The notes under the pieces: model-generated | Database searches by the model: none | What the model was told of the DNA's origin: nothing | The model's input: the letters and a program-made list of their open reading frames with translations, nothing else | Position numbers and translations under genes: made by a program | Shown here: piece after piece, positions 38,969 to 52,094 of the stretch | Position numbering within the stretch: the stretch's first letter is position 1 | Layout of the letters: each line of letters opens with the position of its first letter | Origin: Cetorhinus maximus | Lineage: Eukaryota | Assembly: GCF_964194155.1 (NCBI RefSeq) | Contig: NW_027596259.1 | Location: 248,001 to 312,000, forward strand | Length of the DNA: 64,000 nucleotides | Direction of reading: 5' to 3'

Positions 38969-39449
38969 TTGTGTTTACAATTGTTACTGAGGAGGAATTA
39001 ACAGTGAGTTTAGTTTCATGTCGAACAGGGGTCATTCTGTAAAAGCTCCTTCTTCACCTCTAAACAGGGAACGATAAATCAGAGAAAACTGATCCACTGT
39101 GACCCTGAAACAAGATACTGCAGATGCTGGAAATCCGACCTCAAAACAGAAAATGTTGGAAACTCTCAGCAGGTCAAACAGCTTCTGTGGAGAGGGAAAC
39201 AGTGAATGTTTCAGGACACTAACCTTTTATCCAAACTGGAAAAATTTAGAAACGGGGACAATGTGTCAGGAGACGGGGACAGTGTGCCGGGTGATAGGAC
39301 ATGTATACTCGACATATTGTTCATCTTCATAATTCACAACACTATTCCTGATGTTCATCAGCTGCCTCACTTTCTTTCCCATTCACTCCATTTGCTGATC
39401 TATCAGTAATGGACTTGCTGCCATCTCGAACAAAACTGCTTTCACCACT

Positions 39450-39860
39450 AGGGCTCCGCTGGTATTTAATAGTCTTCATGACATCATCGCACTGGGACTG
39501 GATGACGTCATTGCACTGGGACTGGATGACATCATAAGAATCCATTGTTTCTTGATCCACATCAATAACAAGAGGAAATATTAATAAACCTGAGCACATT
39601 ATCTAGACTGACACTCCAGGGTAACATTGAGGGACTGCTGCACTGTCAGAGACAGCATCCTTCACATGGAACTTGTGGAGGCTCTGGTCACAATCTTCCA
39701 ATCCTCCTTATATAGTAGTGGTGTCAAAGGACTGACAGATTGTAAATGTTACACCCCTGTTCAAAAACACAGCAATTCCAGGACAATCAGCTTCATATCA
39801 GTGGTGGGGAAAGGTTGGAGATAACAATCCAGGAGAAAATCAATTGGCACTTGGAAAAGC
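39450..39860. repeat. segment duplicated at ~62145-62560, including a 24-bp CRE-like tandem
   Basis: near-identical sequence (ORFs 39627 and 62319 translate almost identically). Confidence 0.85.
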
Positions 39861-40320
39861 ATGGATTAATAAATGAAAAAAATCAATGGATTTGTTAAAG
39901 ACAAATAATTTTTGACCAACTTGGTGAAGTAATGGGAGGGTGTATGAGGGGAGTGGGGTTGATACCTTTTACATGGGCATTCAAATGATGTTTAATATGG
40001 TACCACACAATAGCCTTGTCAGCAAAGCTGAAACCCATGAGTTTCAGCCTGGGTATAAAATTGGCTAAGGGACAGGAAGCAGAAAAGTTTGTTTTTCAGA
40101 ATGGATGGGAGTTTACAGCAGTGTGACCCCAGGGTCTCGTGTTGGCACTGCTGATCTCTTTGATATATGTTACTGACCTGGACATGGAGATACGGGCAGA
40201 ATTTCAAATTTGCACATGACACAAAACTGAGAAATACAGGAAACAGTGAGGAAGATAGTAACAAATGTCAGGAGGACATAGAGGGACTGGTGAAATTGGC
40301 AGGCACACAGCAGATACAGT
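39670..40320 (+). mobile_element. degenerate CR1 RT fragment
   Basis: EALVTIFQSSL, SVVGK and KFAHDTKL remnants. Confidence 0.6.
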
Positions 40321-42150
40321 ATATATACCATGCTGCTTGACACATTTTATATCCTTACCAACTTTGGGAACAATGCCTGAATAGTCAGAATGGAGAGACA
40401 TAAAGCAGATAGGAAACAGATTTGGAAACAGTAAAGAGAAGAAAATAATAGTGACAATACCAGTGAGAAGTATCCATGGAAATGAGAATGGGATCGGCTG
40501 AATGCAGGAGCAATAGAAACAAACTGGGAGACAGGTAAGACTTGTTAAGATTGTTGGAAGAAATCTGTCTGGGAGACAATCAGCTCTGAGACATTGGACT
40601 AAAATAACTGTGGGTGATGTCACTGACATGATATAGACAAACAATTGCTGTTTATTTTATATTCCTAGCAGTTCAACCAAGGCATGGACCAGACTGAGTC
40701 AGAGGATCTGTGGTTTTCCAACCGTAAGGACATTAATCAATGTTATAGAACATTTCGCAGAGCCACTGGTTTATGTCAGTAAAATCTGTGCATTCCTGTT
40801 TTTTGTATGGAAATTACAGCAGTCTTTTAGAGATTCAATTGGAGACATGAGCAGAGTTGTCAAGAAACCATCATGTTAATGTGGGGACTGTTACCACTCT
40901 TGTGAAGCAGTTTGGGGCATTTTTACTACTGTTAAGGTGCTATACCAATGCAAGTTGTTGTTGAATGTGGGAAGGGACTGAATTCCAGTCTGAGCTGGAA
41001 ACTCGTGGATCACTCACACTGCAGACTGATCACTCAGCAGCTGGATGTGGGAAGAGATGAAGTTGGTTATCCCATTTACTGACAGAGCAACACAGTCACA
41101 CTGGAGAATGACCGCCCAATATTTGAGGGAGGGCATCTCATCGTTTTTCCAATTGTTCACACCCTAATTTTTGGGTTTAGAAGGTGCTTACCAAGACTTT
41201 TTAGACAGCACCTTCCAAAACCATGACCACTACCATCTAGAAGGGCAAAGGCAGCAGACACATGGGAGCACCACCACCTGGAAATTCCCCTCCAAGCCAC
41301 TCACCATCCTGACTTGGAAATATATCACTGTTCCTTCTCTGTCACTGGGAGTTATAACACGGCAGTTGGTAAAGACTGAGTTGTTTAAATCCGAGAGGAA
41401 AACTTGAGCAACTGTCATAACCTATATTTTTAATTGGTATGTTTGAGATGCAGCTCTGAATTCAGGAATAAGACCACTAAGCCTCAAAAGATTTTTTTAT
41501 ATATAAAACTAAATTAATCATTTATTAATTTAACAAGTTAAACACATACACATGTCTACAAATTACTACCATAATAGTTTTTAAACAAATCCCCAAATTA
41601 ATCACACCAGGTAAATCTTCACCAAGGCAACAGTAACCCATAGGCTTTAACCAGACACCAGGCAAAGCACATTTGACCTTACAAATTAAATATGAGGTTC
41701 CTTTCAATTTGGTTCCTTTGCAGACACAGTTGTAGGCTTACAGGCTGGTTAGATTTTAAATGCCTCTGCCCTACACACACAAATTCCTTTCTGTTTATAC
41801 CTAGCTTCCCATTTCAATGTCAATTTTCCATTGCATCCTAGGTTTTTAACACCACATCTTCGAACAATAACATTTTCATCCCACTAATTTTATTAGTTAT
41901 TTAAACACATTGCTTGGCGTCTTCCAGCTAGGTGCAAGGTTTTACTCACACTCTTGAATGCTGAATTCAACAAATGCAAATTTACACTTTACCTTTTAAC
42001 TTCCTTATGTTTATCTAATTAACATCTCAAAAGTACTATACATCAAAACACCCAAACTAGCTGGCTTTAAACCCCAACTGTCAGAATGAACATGGTTCAG
42101 TCCTGGATGTGATTCACAGCAGCAATAACAGCAAAATCGGACTCCTGCAG

Positions 42151-42825
42151 TCAGTTGTGAACTCGCTGGTGTTTCAGCAGGTTGGATGACTGAGTGAATC
42201 CCTTCCCACACTCGGAACAGGTGAATGGCTTCTCTCCAGTGTGAACCCGCTGGTGTTTCAGCAAGTTGGATGACTGAGTGAATCCCTTCCCACACTTGGA
42301 GCAGGCAAATGGCTTCTCTCCAGTGTGAACCCGCTGGTGTATCTGCAGGTTGAATGACTGAGTGAATCCTTTCCCACACTCGGAGCAGGTGAATGGTCTC
42401 TCTCCGGTGTGAACTCGCTGGTGTACTTTGAGGTTGGACCAAGACCTGAATCTCTTTCCACAGGAAGTACAGGGGAACGGCTTCTCCTCAGTGTGAATTC
42501 GCTGGTGGTTCAGCAGGTCAGAGGACCCAGTGAAGCCTTTCCCACATACAGGGCAGGTGAACGGCTTCTCCCCAGTGTGAAGCCGCTGGTGAATTAGCAG
42601 GTAGGATGACTGAGTGAATCCCTTCCCACACTCAGAGCAGGTGAATGGCCTCTCCCCAGTGTGAACTCTCTGGTGTCTCAGCAGGCTGGATGACCAAGTG
42701 AATCCCTTCCCACACTTGGAGCAGGTGAACGGTCTCTCTCCAGTGTGAGTACGTCGGTGGATTTCCAGCGAAGATGGGTAACTGAATCCCTTCCCACAGT
42801 CCTCACATTTCCACGGTTTCTCCAT
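42151..42825 (-). CDS. C2H2 zinc-finger protein E, 8 fingers, 224 aa
   Basis: uninterrupted [17 protein letters not shown]...HQRVHN*; ACCATGG Kozak context; acceptor ttttacag at ~43191; promoter at 46400-46810. Confidence 0.9.
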   Translation of the reverse strand: MEKPWKCEDCGKGFSYPSSLEIHRRTHTGERPFTCSKCGKGFTWSSSLLRHQRVHTGERPFTCSECGKGFTQSSYLLIHQRLHTGEKPFTCPVCGKGFTGSSDLLNHQRIHTEEKPFPCTSCGKRFRSWSNLKVHQRVHTGERPFTCSECGKGFTQSFNLQIHQRVHTGEKPFACSKCGKGFTQSSNLLKHQRVHTGEKPFTCSECGKGFTQSSNLLKHQRVHN

Positions 42826-43649
42826 GGTGTCGGTATCCCTGTGTCTCTCCAGGTTTGATAATCAGTTGAAGCCTCATCCACACAGAGAACACGGTATGGT
42901 TTCTCCCCGCTGTGAATGGTGTGATGTTATTTCAGGCTTTATAACTGGTTAAAGCTCTTTCCAGTCAGTGCAGTGGGACACTCTCACTCGTGTGTGTGTG
43001 TGTGTGTGTCGGTGCTTTTCCACTCACACTGATGTTTGAAATCTTTTCCCACAGACAGAACTGACAAACATTTCTCCCTTCACATTCAAATTCCAATGAT
43101 ACTCAGGTCCTGATGAATCGAGTGACTGTCAGATCTTGAAGTGGTGTTTGGTTTGAGTTTCCCATCTGCAAATTATCCCCTTCTAATTCTCTGTAAAAGG
43201 AGTTTATAAAAGTCATCACTGTAAGAACAGGATAGAAATTCAGAACAGACAATTCTAGTTCCTGTGGAACATTATTTCCTCTCTTGTTCCCCCAAAGCTG
43301 CAAATCCCCGTCCCACACACTCTCCCTCCTCCCTGTGCTGAAATCCAGAGTTTTGGACAATTCTTTCTGTATCTTTTTAACAAATTTGTACAACTGGAGA
43401 TAACAATATGTTTGATTATTCACTTCAGTCATTACTCATGACAAAACATTAATCTGAAACCCGCTGACCGACCACACAGAATAGCAGATGTTAACCTTGT
43501 GTCCAAAACTCACAGTGCGGAGGTTTAATGAGTGATTGTGAAGGTGGTTTCTCCAAACCGCCCAGGGTTTCCTTCCTTCCTTTTCTCTCTCTCTAACCAC
43601 GTTAAACCTGGGATTAGTCTCATGGCCCATTCTGATTCCTGCTTCTCTT

Positions 43650-44355
43650 CCTGATGACTAATTAACCCCAATTAAATACTGAGAAGACTGAAGACACTGT
43701 TTTCAGTCCCTGCCCCAATCTCCACTTCCCAGATACGAACTCCATCCCTCTCTCTGGGAACAGTCTGAGATTAAACCAGGCCGTTCACAACCTCGGTGTT
43801 AAAATTGATTTCAAGATGAGTTTCTGACCTCATATCTGTGTCATCACTCTGATCGCCTGTTTCCCCCTCTGCAACATCACCCAACCTCACCCTGTCTCAG
43901 TGCATCTGCTGCTGAAATCCTCATCACTGCCGTTGTTACCTCCAGACTCGACTATTCCAACACACTCCTGGCTGGTCGCTCACATTACCCTCTGCAAACT
44001 TAACACCATCTAAAAGTCTTCTGTCCATATCATCACTCACAGTGAGGCCCGTTCCCCTAACATCCCTCTGCTTCCTGACCTGCCTTGGCTCCCAGTCAAG
44101 CAACAACTTGATTCTAAAATTCTCATCCTTGTTTTCAATTCCCTCCAAGGCCTCGCCCCTCCCTATCTCTGTAATCTCCTCCAGCACCCACAACCCTCTG
44201 AGATATCTGCACTGCTCTAATTCTGGCCTTGTACATTCCCTATTTTAATCGCTCCACCATTAGTGACCGTGCCTTCAGTTCCCTTGTCCCCAAGCTCTGA
44301 GATTCTCTCCCTACACCTCTCCATCTGTCTACCACACTTTCCCCCTTTAATGCAC
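43650..44355 (+). mobile_element. L2-type LINE 3' fragment
   Basis: VTSRLDYSN and FKILILVF..L.GLAPPYL motifs. Confidence 0.75.
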
Positions 44356-44359
44356 TTGA

Positions 44360-44685
44360 GTATTGTTAAAAACATTTAATCCTGTACTCATCAGGACAGA
44401 CACAAGAATATCAAATTTCAAAGATTATCAGTCAGGCTCGTAAAGTGTCTCACTTACATTTGCTAGAAGCTACATATATTCATACACAGGGACCTGTCCT
44501 CTGCAGGCAGAAGGAACAAGTCCAGGCATGGCACCTTTTGTTGAATTAAACAAAAGCACATGATGATAACTACCTGGAACATTCTCCATAGCAATGACCA
44601 ATCAGAACTGACTGGCCAGCCAATCAGCACCCTTTTCTCATGCAGTATAAACTGTTGTTCCCTATGAAATCTAATTTATTTTCGG
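44360..44685 (+). mobile_element. Penelope-like element 3' fragment with inverted pLTR piece
   Basis: 44421-44549 reads KIISQARKVSHLHLLEATYIHTQGPVLCRQKEQV..*, the GIY-YIG C-terminal LEA..I...P.L motif; an upstream inverted piece carries CTGATGA on the minus strand. Confidence 0.65.
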
Positions 44686-44689
44686 CCCT

Positions 44690-45780
44690 GCACTCTATTT
44701 CCTTTTTGACTGACTCCCACTGCTCTGATGTAGATTTTCCTACAAGTAGCTGCTCCCAGTCCACTTTGTCCAGATCTCGTCTTATCATATTAAAATTAGC
44801 CCTCACCCAATTCAGAATCTTTATTTCCAGATCATCTTTGGCCTTTTCCATAACTACCTTCAATCTTACTCAATTATGGTTACTATCACCAAAATGCTCC
44901 CCCACAGACACTCCTACCACTTGCCCGGCTTCGGAATGCTGCCTCACTCATCGGACTTCCTATGTGCTGGCTTAAAAAGCTCTCTTGGGTACATTTTAAG
45001 AACTCAGCCCCCTCTAAGCCTTTCACACTTTGTCGATCCCAGTTAATATTGGGGAAGTTGAAATCCCCGACTATTATTACCCTATCATTTTTACACTTCT
45101 CTGAGATTTGCCTACATATCTGCCCTTCTATCTCTCACTGTCTGTTTAGGGGTCTATAGTACACTCCCAGCAATGTGATTTCCCCCTTTTTGTTTTTAGG
45201 TTCTACCTATATGGCCTCATTTGAGGAACCTTCTAAGATATCATCCCTCCTTCTTGCCGTAATTGACTCCTTGATCAACACTGTGACCCGCACCTCCTCT
45301 TTTACACCCCCACCCCCGTCTCACCCAAAGATTCCATACCCCAGAGTATTGAGCTGTGAGTCCTGCCCCTCCCTCAACCATGTCTCCGTTATAGCAATGA
45401 TATCATATCCCCATATGTTCATCAACACCCTCAACTCATCGGCCTTACTTGCAAGAGTTATTTCATTAAAATAGTTGCCATCCAGCCTTGCCATGCTGCC
45501 TTGTGTCTTAACTTGACAATATATGCTCTGCCTTCCAGACTGACTTGATTTTTTCCTTCTATACTTGTCTGTGCATCACACCTAGTACACCTCCACTCTG
45601 TAACCCATCCCCCTGCTAAGTTAGTTTAACCCCCCACCCACAGCATTAGCAACCCCCTCGCAAGGATGTTGGTCCTGTTCCAGCCCAGGTGCAACCTGTC
45701 AGACTTGTATTGGCCCAAACTTCCCCAGAAATGGGCCCATTGATCCAGGAATCTAAAGCCCTCCCTCCTGCACCATCCCT
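44690..45780 (-). mobile_element. CR1 LINE endonuclease/5' region
   Basis: ILNWVRANFNMIRRDLDKVDWEQLL; IIVGDFNFPNINW on the minus strand. Confidence 0.8.
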
Positions 45781-46394
45781 TGGATAGTGATGGAATTTTT
45801 GGAATCTCCTTTTTACAGCATTTTATTTTAATTCATTCATGGGATGCGAGCATCGCTGGCTGCGCCAGCATTTCTTGCCTATGCCTCATTGCCCTTGAGA
45901 AGGTGGTGGGGAGCTGCCTTCTTGAACCGCTGCACTCCATGTGGTGTAGGTACACCCACAGTGCTGTTGGGAAGGGAGTTCCAGGATTTTGACCCAGCGA
46001 CATTGATGGAACAGAGATATATTTCCAAGTCAGGATGTTGAGTGACTTGGAGGGGAATTTACAAGTGATGGTGTTCCCATGTATCTGCTGCCCTTGTCCT
46101 TCTAGATGGTAGTGGTCGTGCGTTTGGAAGCTGCTGCCTAAGGAGACTTGGTGAGGATTTGCAGACGGGAAATTCAAACCAAACATCACATCAAGATTGG
46201 ACAGATTCACTCGATTCAACAGGACCTGAATATCATTGTTCCACCTGCTTCATCCCTCATAAACAGTGTGAAGTCCATGATATTTCTACTTCTCCTTAGC
46301 TCTGAAGAAGAGTCATACGGACTCGAGACGTTAACTCTGTCTCTCTCTGCACAGATGCTGTCAGACCTGCTGAGCTTTTGCAACATTTTGATCT

Positions 46395-46815
46395 TTTGCC
46401 CCCAATAAAGATGGCGGCGGCGCGTGCGCCCTGATGCACTTTTCCCCCAATAAAGATGGCGGCCGTTACCCCCGGGTCTGTAACTGGGAGAAAGCTGCGG
46501 CCTTGCTCGGTGCAAATGGGGAAACGCTTACCCCGGGGACCGGAAAGTTATTTTTCAGGGATTGCTGTTTACATAACATGTTTAGGAAGCCTCCCCGCCC
46601 ACCCGCCGGATCCATCGCTCCCTCCGCCCCGCCATTCACACACTCACCGATTCCGGATCCGAGATAGAAGCGCCTCTCAGTCGCCATTACTCACACTGCG
46701 CATGCTTCACTCTCAGCCCGGCCCCGCCCCTCATTCATTCCGATTGGCTGGAGGATAAGCGCGGTCCTCCAGGCACGTCCCCTCTTGCTATTGGCCCGGA
46801 GCTGCCGTCAATCAG
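46395..46815 (-). promoter_or_regulatory. promoter/exon 1 of ZNF E
   Basis: GC box, CCAAT boxes, TGCGCATG, CCGGAAAG, duplicated AAGATGGCGGC, GG|GTAAGC donor; paralog of promoter D. Confidence 0.7.
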
Positions 46816-46956
46816 CCGGGCATTGTGACCGTTTCAGATGGTGAGAGCGGCCGCAGACTCAGCCTGACTTGCTGATTCTTGGCAGCATTTTCTGTTTGGG
46901 AATTAGAGCTAGAGATGGATGGTCAGTTCCCCTCTGTCCGGGGGGGATTCACACTC

Positions 46957-47028
46957 ATTTCCCTAGTGCACTGATTACCACCTTTACTTTACATGAGAAA
47001 GTCCCCGGTTCAATCCCGGCTGGAAGCT
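46957..47028 (+). pseudogene. tRNA-Val-derived element with intact B-box, divergent from promoter E
   Basis: one difference from 38897-38968. Confidence 0.7.
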
Positions 47029-47044
47029 TTGTGTTTACAATTGA

Positions 47045-49950
47045 TTTTTAAAAATTCATTCACGAGATGCTGGGGGAAGTTCAAGGATTTTGACCCAGTA
47101 ACAGTGAAGGAACGACGATATTTCCAAGCCAGGATGGCGAGTGTCTTGGAGGGGAACTTCCAGGTGGTGGTGTTCCCAGGTGTTTGCTGCCCTTGTCCTT
47201 CTAGATGGTAGTGATCGTGGGTTTGGAAGGTGCTGCCTCAGGAACCTTGGTGAGTTTCTGCAGTGCATCTTGTAGGTGGTAGATACTGCTGCGACTGTGC
47301 GTTGGTGGTGGATAGAATAAATGTTTGTGGATGTGGTGCCAAACCAGTGCATTGCTTTGTCCTAGATGGTGTTGAGCTCTTGAGTGTTTTTGGAGCTGCA
47401 CTGATCCTGGCAAGTAGAGAGTGTTCCATCACACTCCTGACTTGTGCCTTGTGGATTGTGGACAGGCTTTGGGGAGTCAGGAGGTGAGATATTCGCCGCA
47501 GAAGTCCTCACCTCTGACCAGCTGTTGTAGCCGGACTATGTATATGACTGGTCCAATTCAGTTTCAGGTAAATGGTAACCACAGGATGTTGATAAAGGGA
47601 GATTAAATGGTAGTAATGCATTTGAATGTCAAGGGGAGTTGGTTATCTTCTCTCTTGTTGGAGATAGTCATAGCCTGGCATTTATGTGGCATGAATGTTA
47701 CTTACCACTTGCCAGACCAAGCCTGGGTATTGTCCATAAGACCATAAGATTTAGGAGCAGAAGCTGGCCATTTGGCCCATCAAGTCTGCTCCGCCATTTA
47801 ATGAGATCATGGCTCATCTGATAATCCTCAACTCCACTTCCCTGCCTTGTCCCCATAACCTTGATTTCCTTACTGTTTAAAAATCTGTCTATCTCAGCCT
47901 TGAATATACTTAATGACCCAGCCTCTACAGCCCTCTGTGGTAAAGAATTCCACAGATTCACTACCCTCTGAGAGAAGAAATTCTGCCTCATCTATTTTTT
48001 AAATGGGCACCCCCTAACTCAGATTATGCCCTCTAGTCCTAGACTCTCTCACAAAGGGAAACAACCTCTCAGCATCTACCCTGTCAAGCCCCCGAAGAAT
48101 CTTATATGTTTCAATAAGGTCGCCACTCATTCTTCTAAACTCCAATGAGTACAGGCCCAACCTACTCAACCTCTCCTCAAAAGAAAATCCCTCCATACCC
48201 GGGATCAACAGAATGAATCTTCTCTGGGCTGCCTCCAGTGCCAGAATATCTTTCCTTAGATAAGGGGACCAAAATTGTTCACAGTATTCTCGGGGCGGTC
48301 TAACTGCTGCCTTGTATAGTTTTGGCAAGACTTCCCTATTTTTATACTCCATTCCCTTTGAAATTAAGACGAACATTCCATTTTCCTTCCCTATTCCCTG
48401 GTGAACTTGTATGTTAGCTTTTTTGGATTCATGCACAAGGACTCCCAAATCCCTCTGTGCTTCAGTCTTCTGCAGCCTTTCTCCACTTAAATAATATCCA
48501 GCTCCTCTATCCTTCCTGTCAAATAGTATAACCTCACATATTCCCTAATTATATTCCATCCGCCAAGTTTTTCCAGGTCTTGGTACATTTGAACATGGAT
48601 TGTTTCAGTACCTGAGGAGTCACGAATGGTGCTGAACATTGTGCAATCATCAGTGAATATCCCCACTTCTGACCTTATGATGGAAGGAAGGTCATTGATG
48701 AAGCAGGTGAAGATGGTTGGGCTGAGGACACTATCCTGAGGGTCTCCTGCAGCGATGTCCTGAGTTGAGATGATTGACCTCCAACAACCACAACCCAAGA
48801 CTCAAACCAGTGGAGAGTTTCCCCCTTCATTTCCATTGACTCCCGTTTTGCTAGGGCTCTTTGATGCCACACTCGGTCAAATGCTGCCTTGATGACAAGG
48901 GCAGATACTCTGACCTTACGTCCGGAGTTCAACTGTTTTGTCCATGTTTGAACGAAGGCCGTAATGAGGTCAGGAGCTGAGTGATCCTGGCAAAACCCTA
49001 ATTGAGCACCAGTGACCTGATTATTGCTAAGCATGTTCCACTTGATTGCACTGTTGATGACCCCTTCCATTACTTTGCTGATGATCGAGAGTAGAATGAT
49101 AGGGCAGTAATTGGTCCGATTGTGTTTATCATGCCTTGTGTACAGGACGTACCCAGGCCATTTTCCGCATTGCTGGGGAGATGCGAGTGTTGTAGCTGTA
49201 ATGGAACAGCTTGGCTATGGGTGCAGCGAGTTCTGGAGTCCAGGTTTTCAGTACTATTGAAGATGGGGATATTTGTGGAGCCTCCTCCTCTAGTGAGTTG
49301 TTTAATTGTCCACTGCAATTCACGACTGGGTGTGGCAGGACTGCAGAGCTTAGATCTGATCCATTGGTTGTGGAATCGCTTAGCTCTGTCTGTCACATAT
49401 CATTTACACTGTTTGACCTGCAAGTAGTCCTTTGTTGTATCTTCACCAGGTTGACATCTCATTTTTGTGTATGCCAGATGCTGCACCTGGCATGCCCTCC
49501 TGCACTCTTCATTGAACCAGGGTTGATCCCCTGGCTTGATGCTACTTGTAGAGTTGGGGAGGTTTGCCAGGCCATAAGGTTACAGATTGTGGTTGAGTGC
49601 AATTCTGCTGCTGCCGTTGGCCCACAGTGCCCCAAGGCTGCCCAGCCTTGAGTTTCTAGATCTATTCAAAACCTATGTTATTTAGCACGATGGTAATGCC
49701 ACACCATACGATGGAGGGCGTCCTCAATGTGAAGATGGGACTTAGTCTCCACAACGACTTCGTAGGAGGTGACTCCTACTGATGCTGTCATGGAAAGGTG
49801 CGTCTGCAGCAGACGGAGTGATGAGGATGAGGTCAAGTATGTGTTTCCCTCTTGAAGACTCTCTCACGACTTGTCACAGACCCAGTCTAGCAGCTATGTC
49901 TTTTAGGAATCGATCAGCTCTGTCAGTAGTGGTGTTATTGATCCACTCCC
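47045..49950 (-). mobile_element. CR1/Jockey-group LINE with a nested CR1 3' fragment (~47735-48572)
   Basis: AQLGFCQDHSAPDL, IKAAFDRVWH and FTDD motifs; nested CR1 LYKAAVRP...RMSGDLIETYK; host sequence resumes at 49951, matching 38982. Confidence 0.85.
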
Positions 49951-51279
49951 TGTTATTGAGGAGGAATTAATCATGAGTTTAGTTTCATGTCGACCAAGCG
50001 GACGGAATGTTTCAGGTTGCTAATCTTTTTCATTGTGTCACCTGGAAAGTGTGTTTGGCGACCTGGAATGTGGGGAGGGAAGAGGTGAAGGGCGGGCGCT
50101 GCATCTGTTGTGCTTGTATGGAAATGATTCACAGTGATGTTCATAAGAAAACAAGAAATAGGAGCTGGGATAGACCATATGACTCTTTGAGCCTGTTCCA
50201 CCATTAAATGATCTTTCAGTTCAACTCCACTTTCCCGCCCCATTTCCACTGATTCCCTTAGTGTCCAAATATTCTAGTGAGATAATCTCTCAAATAGAGG
50301 ATGATGAATAACAGCTCGAAACCACAGTCCTCTCTCCCACTGCTGTACTGATCCTTCCAACATACAGGAATTTGGGGCAGTAGTAATGTTGATGCTCAGA
50401 TTAGCTCTGTCTCCATATGTTAAATTGGATCGAGAAGCACTGGGGAAGGTGCAAAACAGATTTACTGGAATGATGCCAGAATTGGAAAGCTATATCAATC
50501 AACAAAGATTCAACAGTTTGCAAAAGTTTTGTTTGGAAAAGAGAGTGAGAGATGACCTGACCGAGGACTTTAAGATAGTGAAAGGGTTTGACAGGATGGA
50601 CACGTGGAAGATGTTTCCACTTGTGAATGGATGGAAATAAATATAAGTTAGTCACTAATAAATCTAATGTGTAAATCATGATCAATTTTCATTCACCAGA
50701 GATAATGTAGAATGTGCCAGAAACACTCAGCACATCTAGGAGCATCTGCATTGAGAAGCATTAAGTTTTCAGGACTGTTCACTGATGCTATATTCCTTGC
50801 TGTACCGGTACTACCAGATCTGCTAAAAATTCCAGCATTTTCCATTTTCATTTCAGATTCACAGCACCCGCTTTTTGATAACTGTAGATGGTTGAGAATG
50901 TGGAACTCATTATCAGAAGGATTTGAGATCCCAATATGAGCTGGAAACTTATGGGTAAAATCACACTGTGAAATGATCGTTCACCAGCTGATTTGTTACA
51001 TCCTTACTGACGACAGAATTTAAATGTTCTGTGTATGGAATGAAAAATCACTTGTTCACACGGCCTCCTGAGATTCCACTGAGTTCACATCTAACGATGG
51101 ATTTGTTCTGCTGTTAATTACACCTGGCACAGAACTATGGCGGAAGACCAGTGCACTTTATTAAGTCAGTTGATATCAAAAAACATTGTTATATCTTGGC
51201 CCTGTGGTTCCAATCGTCACTGGATCACAAATAATAATTTCCTATTCAGAAATATGGACTTTCAATGACAGCGGGGCTA

Positions 51280-51680
51280 CCCAGCATTCAAAGGGGAGCA
51301 GAACGTGCCCTATCCTCACAACAGGAGCTCCTTACACATGCGCAGTACGGTGTGTGCTGGAGCATGCGCATTGCGGTTTGTTTCATGGGCATGCGCAGTG
51401 CTGGCCTGTGACTGAAGTTGCTCAGAGCGGGTGAGAATGCGGAGTGGAGCAAACTAACAGAGTTAGTGGGTGTGTGAGGAGGAATAGAGCCAGCGGAGTG
51501 GGCAGGGAGGCTTCATAATGACACAGTGCAGGCCACAGAGCCCAAATAACAAGGCACCGGTTTTGTGTTTGCAGAGAACGGACCGAAAAATTCTGGATTT
51601 CTTCCTTCGCCAGGCCCGGGGTAACGGCCGCCATCTTTATAGGGGGCAATGTGCAGCAGGGCGCATGCGCGGTCATCCTG
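51280..51680 (+). promoter_or_regulatory. CpG-rich promoter/exon 1 of ZNF cassette F
   Basis: three CATGCGCA NRF1-type motifs, GG|GTAACG donor at 51621, GCCGCCATCTT, GCGCATGCGC; acceptor ttttacag at 51760. Confidence 0.7.
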
Positions 51681-52094
51681 GTCCAAGTAGCTGGAGGAGA
51701 GAATGTTGTGAATTTCTATCCTGGACTGACAGGGATGGATTTTGGAAACTCCTTTTACAGGGGGTCAGAAGGGGAGGATTTACAGACGGGAATGTCAAGA
51801 CCAACATCACATTTAGATATGACAGAGTCACTCGATTCATCAGGACCTGGATCATCCTTTTCTAATGCTCTGTATATATCGTTTCCCAAACATGTCACTG
51901 TCAGTTCAGGATAGAAATTCAGGACTTGGATATTATCGGCCTCTGAGTGTAATCATTGAGTTCCAGGTCATTACCACTCACAGTGTAAAATTTCTTCCTC
52001 TCATTACCCCTACAGACCTTGCCCAAAATCCTTAATCTGTGTCCCATAATCATTTTACATTCGGTTAATTGGAATAGCTTTTTGATAACTATCG

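Noticed and set aside
41350-42070. Possible LTR fragment inserted in gene E's 3'UTR
   Set aside because: Composition is LTR-like, but paired termini and a target-site duplication could not be identified
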